From Halocafeteria seosinensis (lineage: Eukaryota), in the NCBI GenBank assembly GCA_001687465.1, contig LVLI01000002.1, forward strand, positions 1 through 62,286: a DNA stretch of 62,286 bases, in the 5' to 3' direction. The notes below the pieces were generated by a model. The model was not told where the DNA came from, ran no database searches, and saw only the letters and a program-made list of their open reading frames with translations. Below, piece after piece: positions 22,415-35,563 of the stretch (the first letter of the stretch is position 1; each line of letters begins with the position of its first letter). The position numbers and the translations under genes were made by a program.

Positions 22415-23857
22415 TCATCGCGAATTGAAGTGATCGAATGCCAGCAAAAGCAGGGAGCCAAGCACTAACAAAAGAAATACGAACTTTCTGAAACTCTGTC
22501 CATGACTAACGGCGCTATGTAGTTGCTCGTTTCCGGATTGAATACTATTCCGGCTAGTCGCTGCGTCCTCATACACTTGCTCTATTGTCTCTTGCTGCTC
22601 CATGATACGTTCCGTAAAAGTACGCATCAACGAACTTATTTCAGTCATCCTTGCCTCCACCATTTCGTATTCTTTCTCTGCACTATGTTTCCATTCAACC
22701 TCAGCGTGGGACAAATGTTGTTGCTGCTGCTCTTGTGTATGTGCCGTTCTCTCGGGCTGGGTACGAGATGAAGGAGTGAATGATGATGTCGGCCGTCGCT
22801 GATCTGCCGTCGTGTCTGCGCCATTACGTGACTGCTGTTCACCCTCGTTCGACGACTCGTGATCCGGAGATACTTGCTGGAGCTCGCTTTCCTCTTGGTC
22901 CTCCGTTTCCGCGGAGTCTTCAACCGAATCAGTGGCGAGCTGTCCACCGGGAAGCGTACTAGAAACCGCCTTAGATATCCAGCTGGTAGCTTGTTGGAAT
23001 GCTCGTCGGCGAAGCGATTGTTGTTCCCCACTTTGCTGCTCACGGTGGTATCGACGGAGCTTCTCCTTATACCTAAACCCTTGCAGCTCTTCAAACTTTT
23101 CAGTGACCTCTTGAAGTTCCTGCGGTAGCCGAAAGGAGACGGCAGGTTCCAAGATCAAGCTATCCCGGATGCTGCACATATCATTTATGAGTAAGACTCA
23201 TGTATGCTTACTTGAAAGAGGTATGCAACAATTTGTTGGTAATGCCTTAGCACTTGCGGGACACTTTCAGAACCAATGTAATTCGCTTCCAGATCTGGCA
23301 AATGCAAGAATCAAACTAAGTTCACGCTCATCCAATCAGAGGCCATTCATTCATGACTTACCTTGCAGTAATTTCTGAAAAGATCTTACCTCGGAAGATG
23401 CTTCCCGTATAAAACTCCAGCTATCAGAATCCACTTGGTCTCGTTCCCAGTCCTCCATTTCATGTCCCACTTTCATGTAAGCCGGGGTAATTTCACACAG
23501 GTACGCCTTTTTCCTCCGTATGCCGTCTAATAACGCCAGGCAGAGTGCTGAAAACAATGCTTTCGACGGTGCATTGTGGTCCGTCTTCTCGGGAGGTTCG
23601 GAGGACTCCAACGAGGAAGTCTGGGGTTCTTCAGCGAGATTATGTCTTTCCAGCACCTCTTTGAAGATAGGTGGACACTCTTCGATGGAAAAAGAGCTCT
23701 GATGAGATAGTCTGGACGGGTACTTGATGGTCACTGCTTCGGGATTGTACTGGAATAAGTCCTCATCGGCATCTTGCTGGGTTTTGTGGGGCGCATGATG
23801 TTTGCTTTGACGCTCTATAATGGACGCAAACGCCTCTTGCCGACTAATTATGGGCAT
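22415..23857 (-). CDS. STX18: Syntaxin-18/Ufe1/SYP81-type ER Qa-SNARE
   Basis: N-terminal MEDWERDQVDSDSWSFI, SNARE motif VEARMTEISSLMRTFTERIMEQQETIEQVY..GNEQL, C-terminal TM; two introns. Confidence 0.85.
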
Positions 23858-24077
23858 TTTATGTAATTCCCCAAATCCCGAATTACATATAGAGAAATGG
23901 CCATCATACACTATACCGTAGTATACACAATACAAATAGAAAGTGGTGCATACAACTTGTCTGGAAGCTAAGCTTCACAACCGCAAGCAGTTTGATTGAT
24001 TCCAATTGAAGAAAAACACAAAAAGTCAATAACGACAAAAACTAAAACAAACAAGATGTACAACATCAAGATGTGGC

Positions 24078-27000
24078 TTATTCCATCTCCACGAGCAAGT
24101 CACCCGCCTCGCGGTTTTCTCCGACGCCTGCTAAGACAGATTTGATGGTTCCTGAACGAGGTGCGGAGACCACGGTTTCCATTTTCATGGCAGAGAGGAC
24201 TACCAAAGTTTGCCCTTCCTTGACAGTGTCACCGGTCTTAGCTTTGACTTCCACGACCACGCCAGGCATGGAGGCGGCAACGTGATTAGGGTTAGACTTG
24301 TCGGCTTTGATCTGCTTCGCTGAACTGCTACTGCCACCTTCAGCCTTGTCAGCCACACGGACACGGCGAGGTTCTCCATTGAGGTCAAACAGCACATCAC
24401 GGATGCCATTTTGATCCGCTTTTCCAATCGTTGAAAGCTTGACAAATAGCGTTTTACCAGGCTCAATCTCAAAGGAGATTTCCTCCCCCTCCTGGGACCA
24501 CAATCGAAACCCACGTCACAAAACCAGCAGAAGAATCACGGGCGACAAACCGCAAATACGTACCTTCATTGGCGATGCAAACTGACGCGTTGGAACGACA
24601 CTCGTATCACCGTATTCTTGAATGTGCTTTTGCCAATCTTCGTAAACCTGCACATCGGAAAGAAATGCTGGTTCAACCCTAAGGAGACAATACACGTTCT
24701 CGAAACCCAAGCACTCACTTTAGGATACATAATGTAACTCATTACGTCCACATCACGAATGCGATGAGAGCCATATTTGTCCTCAAGTTCTTTTCGGATT
24801 TTGTCGATATCCAGGGGTTCCATTTGGGCACCGGGGCTGCAAAAGTAATAACCACAAGTTCCATAGAGATAAGACACATATAGAAGAAAGAAAACTGCTT
24901 ACCGTCCTTCAAAGTATGTGCTGCCATCGGCAAGGGTTCGACCCTGCAACACACGGGAGCGCAGCGGTTCGGGGAAGCCTGCACTCAAAACTCTTGCAAG
25001 GGTACTGTTGCGTTATTTGTCACCAATGATAATTAGTATTACTTACCACCATGGGGGATACCTAAGTACCCTTGGAAGTACTCGATAACGCTCTGAGGGA
25101 AATTCAGGGAGGACGCCTGTTCTTGCACTTCCTCCTCACTCAGCCCGTTAGTCACCATGAACTGAGCCAAGTCTCCAACGACCTTAGAGGACGGGGTGAC
25201 TTTGACAATATCCCCCAACAATCTGTAGAGAGTTGGCAGAGCTCCATAAAAATTGTTTCGCTTGGGGACATGTATGTCGTTTCAACGTACCGATTGGCAG
25301 CTGCGTACGCCTTCTTGATTTCGGGCCATTTATCCCCTAAACCAAGTTGTTTACTCTGGTACATGAGGTTCGTGTACTGTCCTCCAGGCATTTCATGGTC
25401 ATATACGTCGGAAGAACCAGTCTTTTGCCCGCTTTCAAAGGGAGCGTATAAACCTCTGGTTTGTTCCCAGTAATCGTTGATGGCAGTGAGTTTCTCTGGG
25501 TCGAGACCGGTGTCAAGTTTGGTCCCTCGTAGAGCATGGACTAGGGCTCCCATGCTCGGCTGACTTGTGGTACCACTCATTGCGTCAGTGGCGGCATCCA
25601 CTGCGTCAGCACCTGCTGAGGCTGCTGCAAGCATTGCAGCCACCCCTGCCCCAGAAGTATCATGCGTATGAACATGAATCGGCATTGCGGGAAATTCTTT
25701 TCGAAGATTCGAAACCTGAAAGACAAGACAAGCGCATACATCGCCATGATACACACAACAAAAGAATCTTTGCAATATGAAGAAACTTACAAGTTCATAA
25801 GCAGCATTCGGCTTCAAGAGACCGGCCATGTCCTTTATGGCAAGTACCTGCGTCGTCTCGCAGAACAATCTATGCAACAGGCATTCGTACTCCATGTACG
25901 TTGAACACTTACATGGGCCCCCATTTCGACGAAGCGCCGAGCGAGGTCGAGATAGTAGTCCATCGTATACTTGCCATTCCTGGGAGCAAGTACATCCCCA
26001 GTATAGCAAATGGCGGCCTCAATTATACCACCTGCAGAGCCTACGGCATCAATACCCAGTTTCATGTTGTCTTCATAGTTCAATGAGTCAAAAACACGGA
26101 ACACATCCATGCCGTTGCGAACTGCTTCATCGCAAAACTTGTGGACAGCATTGTCTGGATAAGAGGTGTAGCCCACAGCGTTAGCTCCACGTAGCAACAT
26201 CTGGAATGGAATGTCTGGTACAGCTTCCCTCATTTCAATGAGTCTGCAGTAACGAATGGTCGGTAGATAACAGTTGAAAAGATCTACCGAACGTTAATTC
26301 TTACCTGTCCCAGGGGCATTCCTTCAGGAATCGCATTGCTACATCAAACGTTGCCCCTCCCCAGTTTTCCAAACTAAAAGCGGAGGCTAGAGCTTCTGAA
26401 GTTGCGGGGGCAATATTCAGAATGTCCCGCGTTCGCAGACGCGTCGCCAATAGAGACTGATGGGAATCCCTCCAAGTAGTGTCAGTAAGCAGCAACCCTT
26501 TGTTTGCTCGCACGGCGCGGGCAAATGCACTGGGCCCTTGGTTTTTGTAAATCGAGCGAAGGCTTGACGATTCTTGCTCTAAAGCGGGCGCTCCTTCTTG
26601 GGAGTGTTCTTCCACATGGCCAACCGGCATTGCCAAAGGTCTGGGAGTGGCGGGCCCTGAGCTTGGAAGAGGTTGCTTGGGAATAATAGGATCGTTTGGT
26701 TCGGGTGCATCACCTACGGCTCCAAGTGAAGGGTCTGTTCCAGAAGACACGACATCCAGTCAAAAGGAATCAACAACGTGGGATGGGCGATTCGTACCTG
26801 GACCATTTACAGCGACCTCAGCCAAAAATCGGAGTAACCTTTCGCCTCGGTTCTGCGCACCGCGTCGTACTTGCAAGATCTCAGGGTTCTCCTGCAGGAC
26901 CGGATCAACCAGAAGCGGTGCGGAAATTGAGAAACCCAGTAGATTTTGTGAATCCTTACTTCGATAAACTTTGTCGTTACTCCTTTAGAAAAGTCCGGAT

Positions 27001-28885
27001 GTGTCAAACAGTTGATCAAGAAATACTTGTTGGTCGACACTCCACGAATCCGATATTCGCGCAAAGCACGAATGAGCTTTGACGCCGATGTGGCAAAGCT
27101 TGAACTATGGGCTGTTACCTTCACGAGAAGAGAGTCATAGTGTGGTGTGATTACTGCTCCAGAGTACCCGGGTCCATCGTCAAGGCGAATGCCGTTACCA
27201 GTTGCACCTCTGTATACGCTAAGTACGCCGGAATCGGGCTGGAAGTTTTTCGTAGGATCCTCCGTAGTTATACGACACTGTATTGCGTAGCCGTTCAAAT
27301 CAATTTTGTCCTGCATGGGAGAAGAATAAGGCTTTGAGAGAATGAATACAGCCTATGTACGATATACTGAGAGATTCTTACCTGTGTTAATCCCATTGAC
27401 TTCAAGCTTTCTCCTGCAGCAAGACGCATTTGTGTTTGAACAATGTCGATTCCAGTGACTTCTTCGGTTACGGTGTGCTCCACTTGCACTCGAGGATTGA
27501 CTTCAATGAAGTGATGACTTCCATCTTCATCTACTAAAAACTCAACAGTGCCTGCGTTCTCGTAGCGGATGGCTTTGGCCAGGCGAACAGCATCCTGGCA
27601 AATCTTCTCGCGGGTTTCATTGGCCAAATTAACCGAAGGGGCATACTCGATGACCTTTTGATGGCGCCTTTGGACGGAGCAATCTCGCTCGAACAAGTGG
27701 ATCACGTCACCCGTAGAATCTCCGAGCACTTGTACTTCGATATGCCTTGGTCTCTCGATGTACTTTTCCTGCAGCCTCAAACACTTGGAAAAAATATGAA
27801 AACTACTTCGTTGAGTGGCATGCTAGACTAAAGGGTGACGTACGAGGAAAACAGCACCGTTCCCAAAAGCAGCCTGGGCTTCAGAAGTGGCCCTGTTGAA
27901 CGCATCCTCCAATTCATCTTCATGTCGCACCACTCGCATGCCTCTACCGCCACCACCATAAGCAGCCTTCATAATAATGGGTAAGCCATGCTGTGTCACA
28001 AACTCAGCGGCATCCTCAAATTTCTCGATTGCATCTGCGTTCCATAAGACCCTTGTCAAACAAGGCTCTACGGGATTTGAATTCATGCGTTCACGCTCAC
28101 CTTCAGTACCCGGAACAACCGGTACGTCATTCTCAATTGCAATCTTCCGGGCTGCAGCAGTATTTATGACAGTCTACATATTCTCGTTCAGATGCGGAAA
28201 TATACCGGAAACAGTACGTACCAGATGTTTTGTTGCCAAATGCTTCCAATTGGGAGCTCTGTGGTCCAATGAAGGTGATACCATTACGATGACAAGCGTC
28301 AGCAAACTGAGGGTTTTCGGACAGAAAACCATATCCAGGATGAATGGCTTGAACTGCGCATGGAAGAAGCATAACAACCGAATGATTCACACATCAAAAT
28401 TACTCACACCTCCTGGTGTTGGCAGAACACCTACCTCCGTACTCCTTGGCCACTTTGATGATCTCCTCGATGCTCAAGTACGCACCCACGGGGGAGAGCC
28501 CCTTCCCCACTTCGAACGCCTGGTCAGCCTTGTAGCGATGAGGAGAATACCGATCTTCATGGGAGAACACCCCCACAGTCGAGCATCCCAGTTCGGTCGC
28601 GGCTCGCATGATACGGATGGCAATTTCCCCTCGGTTTGCAGCCATGACTTTCTCGAACGGCTGCTTGGCCGGAGGGGTGACTGGAACCGTCGACATCTCT
28701 CGGGACTCATTATGAGAGCCTGAAACACGAGCAATGCGACTTTGATGAGCTTGAGCATGTCCTGGAGTGCTTGCAGCTCCAGTTCTTAACCTTCGTTGTG
28801 GCTGCTTAGAGAGCTCCCATCGGCATTTCCTTCGGGCCAAGAGCTTGGCAAGTTTCCTCCCTTTTGAAGCAGTAGAGCGCAACAT
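24078..28885 (-). CDS. PC: Pyruvate carboxylase with probable mitochondrial presequence; many introns
   Basis: [75 protein letters not shown], biotinyl site SAMKM. Confidence 0.97.
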
Positions 28886-29393
28886 AGTTCTGAACGCGAT
28901 AAAGTAGTGAATATACACGAAAGGAATTCGTAAAAACGTCCCGGAAATTAGAGGGGAATCTGAAACTTCACAAACCCAAAATGGACAATATACAACAATA
29001 CCACGGCTGTTTGTGCCACAGATTCCGTACAAGAAGGAAGAGTCAAATACACAAAATCGAACACAAAAGAGAGCATCGATTACTGATGACAGTGGAAGGC
29101 GTATACGGCAATTGAATCTCTGAAAAACCTTCCCCGTGCCCTGCCCAGAACAGTGTTCTCAAGGGACGGGGGCACCCCGGCGGGGACCCCGCCCTTGTCT
29201 AGTGATCGCACAACAGACTGTCATTTTGGACAGTCTGTCGACAGTGACGTCCTACCGTAGGACTCCTACGTAGGCACCCAACTTCAACAAAACGAAATAT
29301 TAAATGTTTTTCAGCGGAACTAACTTGTCAACTATTCTCAATGGATTCCAATCCCATTGGCAGCTATTCGGAACCTAGAGTTCTTGCTACGTC

Positions 29394-31203
29394 TCAAAAG
29401 GTGTGTCCCTGGTGAGATTCCACTTCAGCTTTGGAGCCTCCAAAGCGACCAATTCCGTAAACTTCGAAACCAACATCGCGCAACTTGTCGTGATTCAAAA
29501 TATTTCTTCCATCAAAGAGAAATCCAGGTTTGGGCATCATCTCGTACATCTTGGCATAATCGTAATCCTTGAATTCATTCCACTCGGTCATGACCGCGAT
29601 GGCATGACAGCTGTCGACAGCTTTGTAAGGATCGTTCACCATCGTCACGTGTTTTCTGATACCCGGATAAGTCTTCTCGCTGAGACCGCATGTGTATTCC
29701 AATTCCATGAAAACAGACTCCTCTTTTACCTTCGGATCGTATACAACACTGCCAACAGCAAAAAGAAAGCTCGTTAACACATCAGTTCGACACATTCACC
29801 GATTGACAGAAAGAACTTACACTTGAGCCCTCTCCTCGAGTAATTCTCGAACAACGTACGCTGCTGCACTATCTCGTGTATCTCCAGTGTCTTTCTTGAA
29901 TGCAAAGCCAAAAATTGCGATGCGTTTTCCACTGACGCTATTGAACATTTTTTCTACGATCTTCTTCGCGAAACGGGTCTTCTGGTAATCATTCATTTTG
30001 ACCACCTGATTCCAATATTCAGCAACTTCATTCAAACCGTAAGTCTCACAAAGATATACCAAGTTTAATATATCTTTCCTGAAACAAGAACCTCCAAAGC
30101 CGACACTGGCATTGAGAAACTTGTCTCCAATGCGGTGGTCTTTACCAACTGCCATGGCTACTTGGTTGACATCCGCACCAGTGGCCTCGCAAAGCGCAGA
30201 GATACTGTTGATGCTCGATATTCGCTGTGCCAAAAATGCGTTTGACACCAATTTGGACAGCTCAGAAGACCATAAGTTCGTAGTAATAATTTTGTCGGAA
30301 GGCACCCATCTGTCCCGGCAGCACGAAAGCGGGTGTATATACAGGTATAAAAAAATGATAGCATCGCATGTAGCTCACCTTGCATAGATCGAAGAAATAA
30401 TGCTTACTGCTCTTCGTCCTTCAGATGATTCCAAGCCTCCGATAAGGACACGGCTGGGGTCCTCCAAGTCCTTCATGGCAGTCCCTTCTGCCAAGAACTC
30501 AGGATTGGAAATGATCTGAAAGTTCACAGGTCCAGTGTTGGCATCGAGAACTCGCCGAAGCGTTTCAGCAGTCTTTACGGGCACAGTCGACTTTTCTACT
30601 ACGATTTTATCAGATTCGGATACTCTGGCAATCGTACGCGCGCACAACTCGATGTTTTTCACATCAGCCGCTTTACCAGCTCCGCTACCATAAGTCTTTG
30701 TGGGTGTATTCACTGACACGAAGATTATATTGGCTTCCTTAATCTTTTGTTCCACGTCACTAGAGAAGAAGAGGTTCTGAAGCACCCAGAAATGAGAAAA
30801 AGTTCACCAAAAACAATAGCTTTCCCAGACGACTTACTTTGCCTCTGCAGCACTTAACAACCTCCTCAAGTCCTGGTTCGAAGATAGGGAGACTCTCAGA
30901 GTTCCATGCCTGTGTATACATAATGGATATATGCAGGTAGGGGCCTCAAATATCCAGTTTTCCACGTACCGCAATGCGCTCCGGGTTCACATCAACGACG
31001 TTTACCGTGATATCTGGGCACTTTTTGGCTATCATAGCCATTGTAGGACCTCCCACATAACCTGCAAAGGTGCACACGCATTCTGCACTATCATACGTGT
31101 CCAGAGAATGAGTAAATCATGGGGACATACCTGCTCCTATACAGGTTATGACGTATCCTTTGACGTCCAAGAGGTCAAAATGCGTGGGTGCAGAGGATGC
31201 CAT
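29394..31203 (-). CDS. UGDH: UDP-glucose 6-dehydrogenase
   Basis: [55 protein letters not shown] across exons. Confidence 0.97.
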
Positions 31204-31838
31204 GGTCGTTTATTTGTGCTATCAACAAGACGGACTAGTTCACTGAATCGTGCAGTGAGCGAGAAAAGAATATTGACACTGTTTAAAACGTGAAACAAAC
31301 CCTATAAAGCAGCATAGTTTAACTGACCTGACTCCCTTTGAGGGTTTCTTCGCGGATAAAACTGTCGCATGTCGCAACTTGCGTGCTACTTCAATCTACC
31401 AGAACCAATCACGGCACAGCATATACGTACTCAAACTAGAAGGGTAATGATGGTGATACAGTTTGAGGGATGGATAAATCTTCCATGAATTAACTCATTC
31501 GAGGATGAAGTACATACCATATCGTGGCGGGACGGGAAGTGGAAGTTACTGGCGGTAACTTGGTGCGATGTCCAACAGAACTCAAATTAGCACTAGAACA
31601 TAATTTAGAAGGGAACATGATATGAATATGACGGACGTACGCGTAAATCAAAGTCTACCGGACATTATGGGCTTAGCTCCCGATCGTGCCATAACTCTCA
31701 TGCTCGATCACTTTTACCCCACGGTCCGCCAGAGGGTAACAACGTAGAGTCGTCACCCCGGTCTAGAAGGAATTGTAGAGTTTATATTGCGGCGTATGAA
31801 GTAGCAACATTGGAAACGACCATGGGGACCAAGACTGT

Positions 31839-32594
31839 TCATTGCTGAGGGGACTGGCGAGACCCTGGACGCTCATCCCGTTCTATGACGACTTGTTTCC
31901 TCGGACCAAATAGAGCCCCGATAGCGATAAAGGCTATAGTCACTCCCATTCCAAACAAGAAAAACTGCAAGCAAAAAGCGTATACGTTATTCATGAGCTA
32001 GACAAGAACCAATATCATACGGTTGCCCGAGTCATACCTGGGCCATTAACCCCATCGCTGCTTTACCCGCATGCTCTTGGGCAGGATCCTGAAATGTTTC
32101 GTACCCTTGAAGTTTATTATTGTTTGCTCCGAATTCTTCTTTCAGACGACGAGCCTGAGTTTCTTTATTCTTCTGATATTTGCTGCGGACCAAACCATGG
32201 TTGAAAATTAACTACGATCTTGACCATCCCGAACTCCGCTACCTCCAACAAGCGATCCACCAATCAACATCTTCATCCTATCGACTTACTCTTTGAAAAC
32301 TTGGGAGCGCTGGGAAGCCCCTCCAACCCATCGTATTTGGGGTAGAACATTCTGCTGCATTCTGCTCATCGAAGTTGAAGAGGAGGGGGTTATACCCGAT
32401 TTTGTAGCCATGTATAATACTCTTCCCGAAATTTGTTGGCGCGGATAGCTTTGAAAGCATCTTCCTTGTTGGTATAAGTGCAACGAAGAATGAACATTTC
32501 TCCCGCCACGGGCAACATTATGTGCGCTAGATGGAATAAGTGGCATGCGAACCACCGTCGTCGAACGAGGATTCAACATCAAGCGATTCATCAT
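31839..32594 (-). CDS. Small four-exon protein with an Arg/Ser-rich presequence-like N-terminus and one TM segment
   Basis: The exons splice in frame: ...SQVFKD|KYQKNKETQARRLKEEFGANNNKLQG|ILPKSMRGKAAMGLMAQ|FFLFGMGVTIAFIAIGALFGPRKQVVIE...SPQQ*. Confidence 0.65.
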
Positions 32595-32720
32595 GATGTT
32601 CCAGGCAATCTACACACTCATTTATTCAAACACATTCATATACATTCGGAAGTGCATTCCTGTGCTAAAAATCGATCCAGCTTGTTTCTATGGTACAATT
32701 TACATTACGGAAAACCAACT

Positions 32721-34018
32721 TCACAAGCTAATTCCTGAGGCTTGAAGGAGGCTCTTGGAAGTTGTGACTACCACCTGAGGTGGTTGAGAAGTATCTGCTC
32801 CGGAACTAGAGGTGGACAGAAGAAACTTTTGTTCATCCCAAAAACAGTCGATCCTAACATCTCGGGGTCTGAAAAGCAAATAAAGTCAATGCGTAGCTAT
32901 GCAGAATACAATCCAAGTACTACGTACATCGACAACCAAATATGTTCGGGTGACTCAAGGGTACCTGAGCTTTCTTGCACCTTGTGCGTCTCTTTCATTG
33001 GTAGCTTTACTTGCCTCGTGCCGCTAAGCAATCCTATTCCAGCAAGCTGCCAAATGCGTCTGTAACTATGATTTGGAACAGATGCTTGCGTAGGAGTCTA
33101 CTTACTTTCAGTACGGCCTCCTTTAACGACCACACCAAATAAAACTTCCCCAAGGAAGGAAGGAAGGAACTGACACTACAAGCATATTCAGAGCATAGTA
33201 TATACTCCCATTCGTCATTGCAAAACACTGTGTTAAAATACTCGAAGAAATCGTCTGCGGAGACAAGTATCATGTCAGCAGTAGGAAGGGTAACTGCATA
33301 AGACTCGACACAGTTCATACCATCTCGATGCTGCATCTCGCAGATATCAAATCCTATGTTCCCACCTTGAGATAATGCAACTCCAACCAAGCTACCTGAG
33401 TGGGAAACATTGAAATCAAGCCCAACATGCCGCAGGTGCTCATCCTGAATGCACAGAGCGCATGAATCCTATTGGTACACCACGGAGAGCACTGCAGTAA
33501 ATAACACCCTGACGTACCAGCATAGGACGGTTGTTGTCCGAACGTGGAAGCCTTATCTTGAAGGACTGCTCATATCCACTCCATACTCCTACAACAAAAC
33601 GGACCAAGATGTGAGCCGCAGCTGAGTTCTGCGAATTCATTCAGGTTTACAGTGGTGGAAGCAGGTCCAGTACACACAAACTAATTTATGCAAATGCTCA
33701 CTCTTCTATCCTCGAATCTTCGAAGCCGCATTATCCGCGTTTGCTCAACCTCCTGCGAGCACCAACGTCTTCTAGAGAATTAACATGATTCCAAATACTG
33801 GGGCTCCTGAGTCTTACAGGCAACAGATCGATCATTTTTTCCGTTTCCAACTCTGACACATCGCTAACATCCACTATGAAAATAGATTTCGTTGGTCCTT
33901 CATGTTTCCATGTCTTGATAGCATTCTCCAGTGCTGTTCGGCTCGGACAATGCACATTCACATCCTCCGTCCTTTCACGTTGCTGTATGTGGATGCTGCA
34001 CGGGATGGAAACGGCCAT
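32721..34018 (-). CDS. Sfp/AASDHPPT-type 4'-phosphopantetheinyl transferase
   Basis: RSDNNRP, DFNVSHSG, NIGFDI, FYLVWSLKEAVLK; multi-exon; start codon uncertain. Confidence 0.8.
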
Positions 34019-34671
34019 CCCACATGCTCAAGAATTCTGAGATATGAAGACAACATCATGGATGTCTAAGACTCTACAGTGACCTGGATCACCCCCAATA
34101 TGCAACATGCAGTCACTTGCATTGCAGTGCGACTGAAGCTGGACTTCACAAACTGTAGAACTGATTGGTAGTGTACAACTTGTACGGGCCCCTAGGGGAC
34201 AGACAAGGTAGTTAGGGTGCGACTGCTCAAGAAGGGTCGAATGGGGGAAAGAAACTTGCCTGTTTTTGCGAACTGAGACATTATCACAGCATGGTTCACA
34301 TGGGTTCTTGAACACCACAAGGATTGGAATGCAAAGCTTCGATTCCTTGGATTGAAAGGTGCATTCTTTAGTCTTTGATAAACTACTTGCCGGAAGATGG
34401 TTCATAGCGCGTAATCAGGTGTAGAAATTTCCCAAATCGCACTAGCTGGTTGAATGAGTACCGCGGTCATGCTCGCAGTATGCCATCAGTATGCCGCCAC
34501 AAGGCAGACATGAATAGAGAATCTATTAGAGATACTTCAGACAGTTTACTCCAGCTTCATGCTCCTTCGAGATTTATGCGGCAGTTCAAAGTTTCTCCAC
34601 CTCGTCGCACTTGTAGAGCAAACTCCTTCGTTGTGCCACGAGAGCCACATTAAGCGCCTTTTGAGTTCCAT

Positions 34672-35245
34672 TCAGTGTCGTGGTGTTGGAATAGAGGTCA
34701 TGAAAGATGCGGAGCTAGGGAGAACTTGAACACCCGCAACATTCCTGAGACTACATACTACTGTTGGCTCAGGCGTTCCAACAAAGTAGGCTTTTCCGAT
34801 ACGCCGAGCATCTGCGATAAATCCCTTGTGGCTTGGACGTCTTTCGATCCTCGGGAGCTTGAGAGCACTATCAAACCGCGGTAAAACGGCTTTCGCGTAT
34901 TCGATTGCTTATTGATTTCCCTATATAAATCCTTTGTCCCTGTGTTCAAAAGCAAAGTGACATAGTATGATTAGCAAGACTATATGTTTTGCATTCGCAG
35001 TACCAAAGTTGACAGCACGTACTCGCCTCGAAAAACCTCTTCATCGCATTGACGTCCGCATATTCGCTCTGAGACTGTTGCGTTGGATGCCTCTGAGTAT
35101 ACTCTGGTTGAGCTTGTCGCGATTGATTCGTCGAGCTTTGGGAAGCATGCTGATAAGACGGCCGGCCTCTTTGACTGGTATGTCGGGGGAAGCCTTCAAA
35201 GGTTCGCGTCTGCCTGCCACCTCCTCTACTTTGGCGAGAGCTCAT
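34672..35245 (-). CDS. Hypothetical protein, Q/S/R-rich
   Basis: ATG at 35245 and three GT-AG-joinable exons (ORFs 34946-35269 and 34758-34955). No recognisable domain. Confidence 0.4.
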
Positions 35246-35563
35246 GATGTCGTCAACGCACAAACACAAAACAAGCGCTTCTCCTTGGAGCTACCCTACA
35301 GTATTCTTCTCGAACAACCTCTCACGATTTCGAATTCTGGAAAGGTCCGGTATACACGTTATAACAAGCCATACTTGACCTTCACAACGACTTCTCAACT
35401 GGGATAAGATAAACCTTTTATGCTTTTGCTTGATCGAGAGGACTCCAATTATCCTTCCGTATTGATCCAACTTTTGGCCTCACAGTGGACATTAACTATT
35501 GTGCAAGTCCGTGGCGTGTGGTGAAGACAACTGGGAGAGAAAGGCTCAAATGACTCACGGATA

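Noticed and set aside
31447..31560. Plus-strand frame with an in-frame TGA (selenoprotein or alternative code)
   Set aside because: There is no redox motif, further stops follow, and confident genes end in TAA, TAG and TGA normally.
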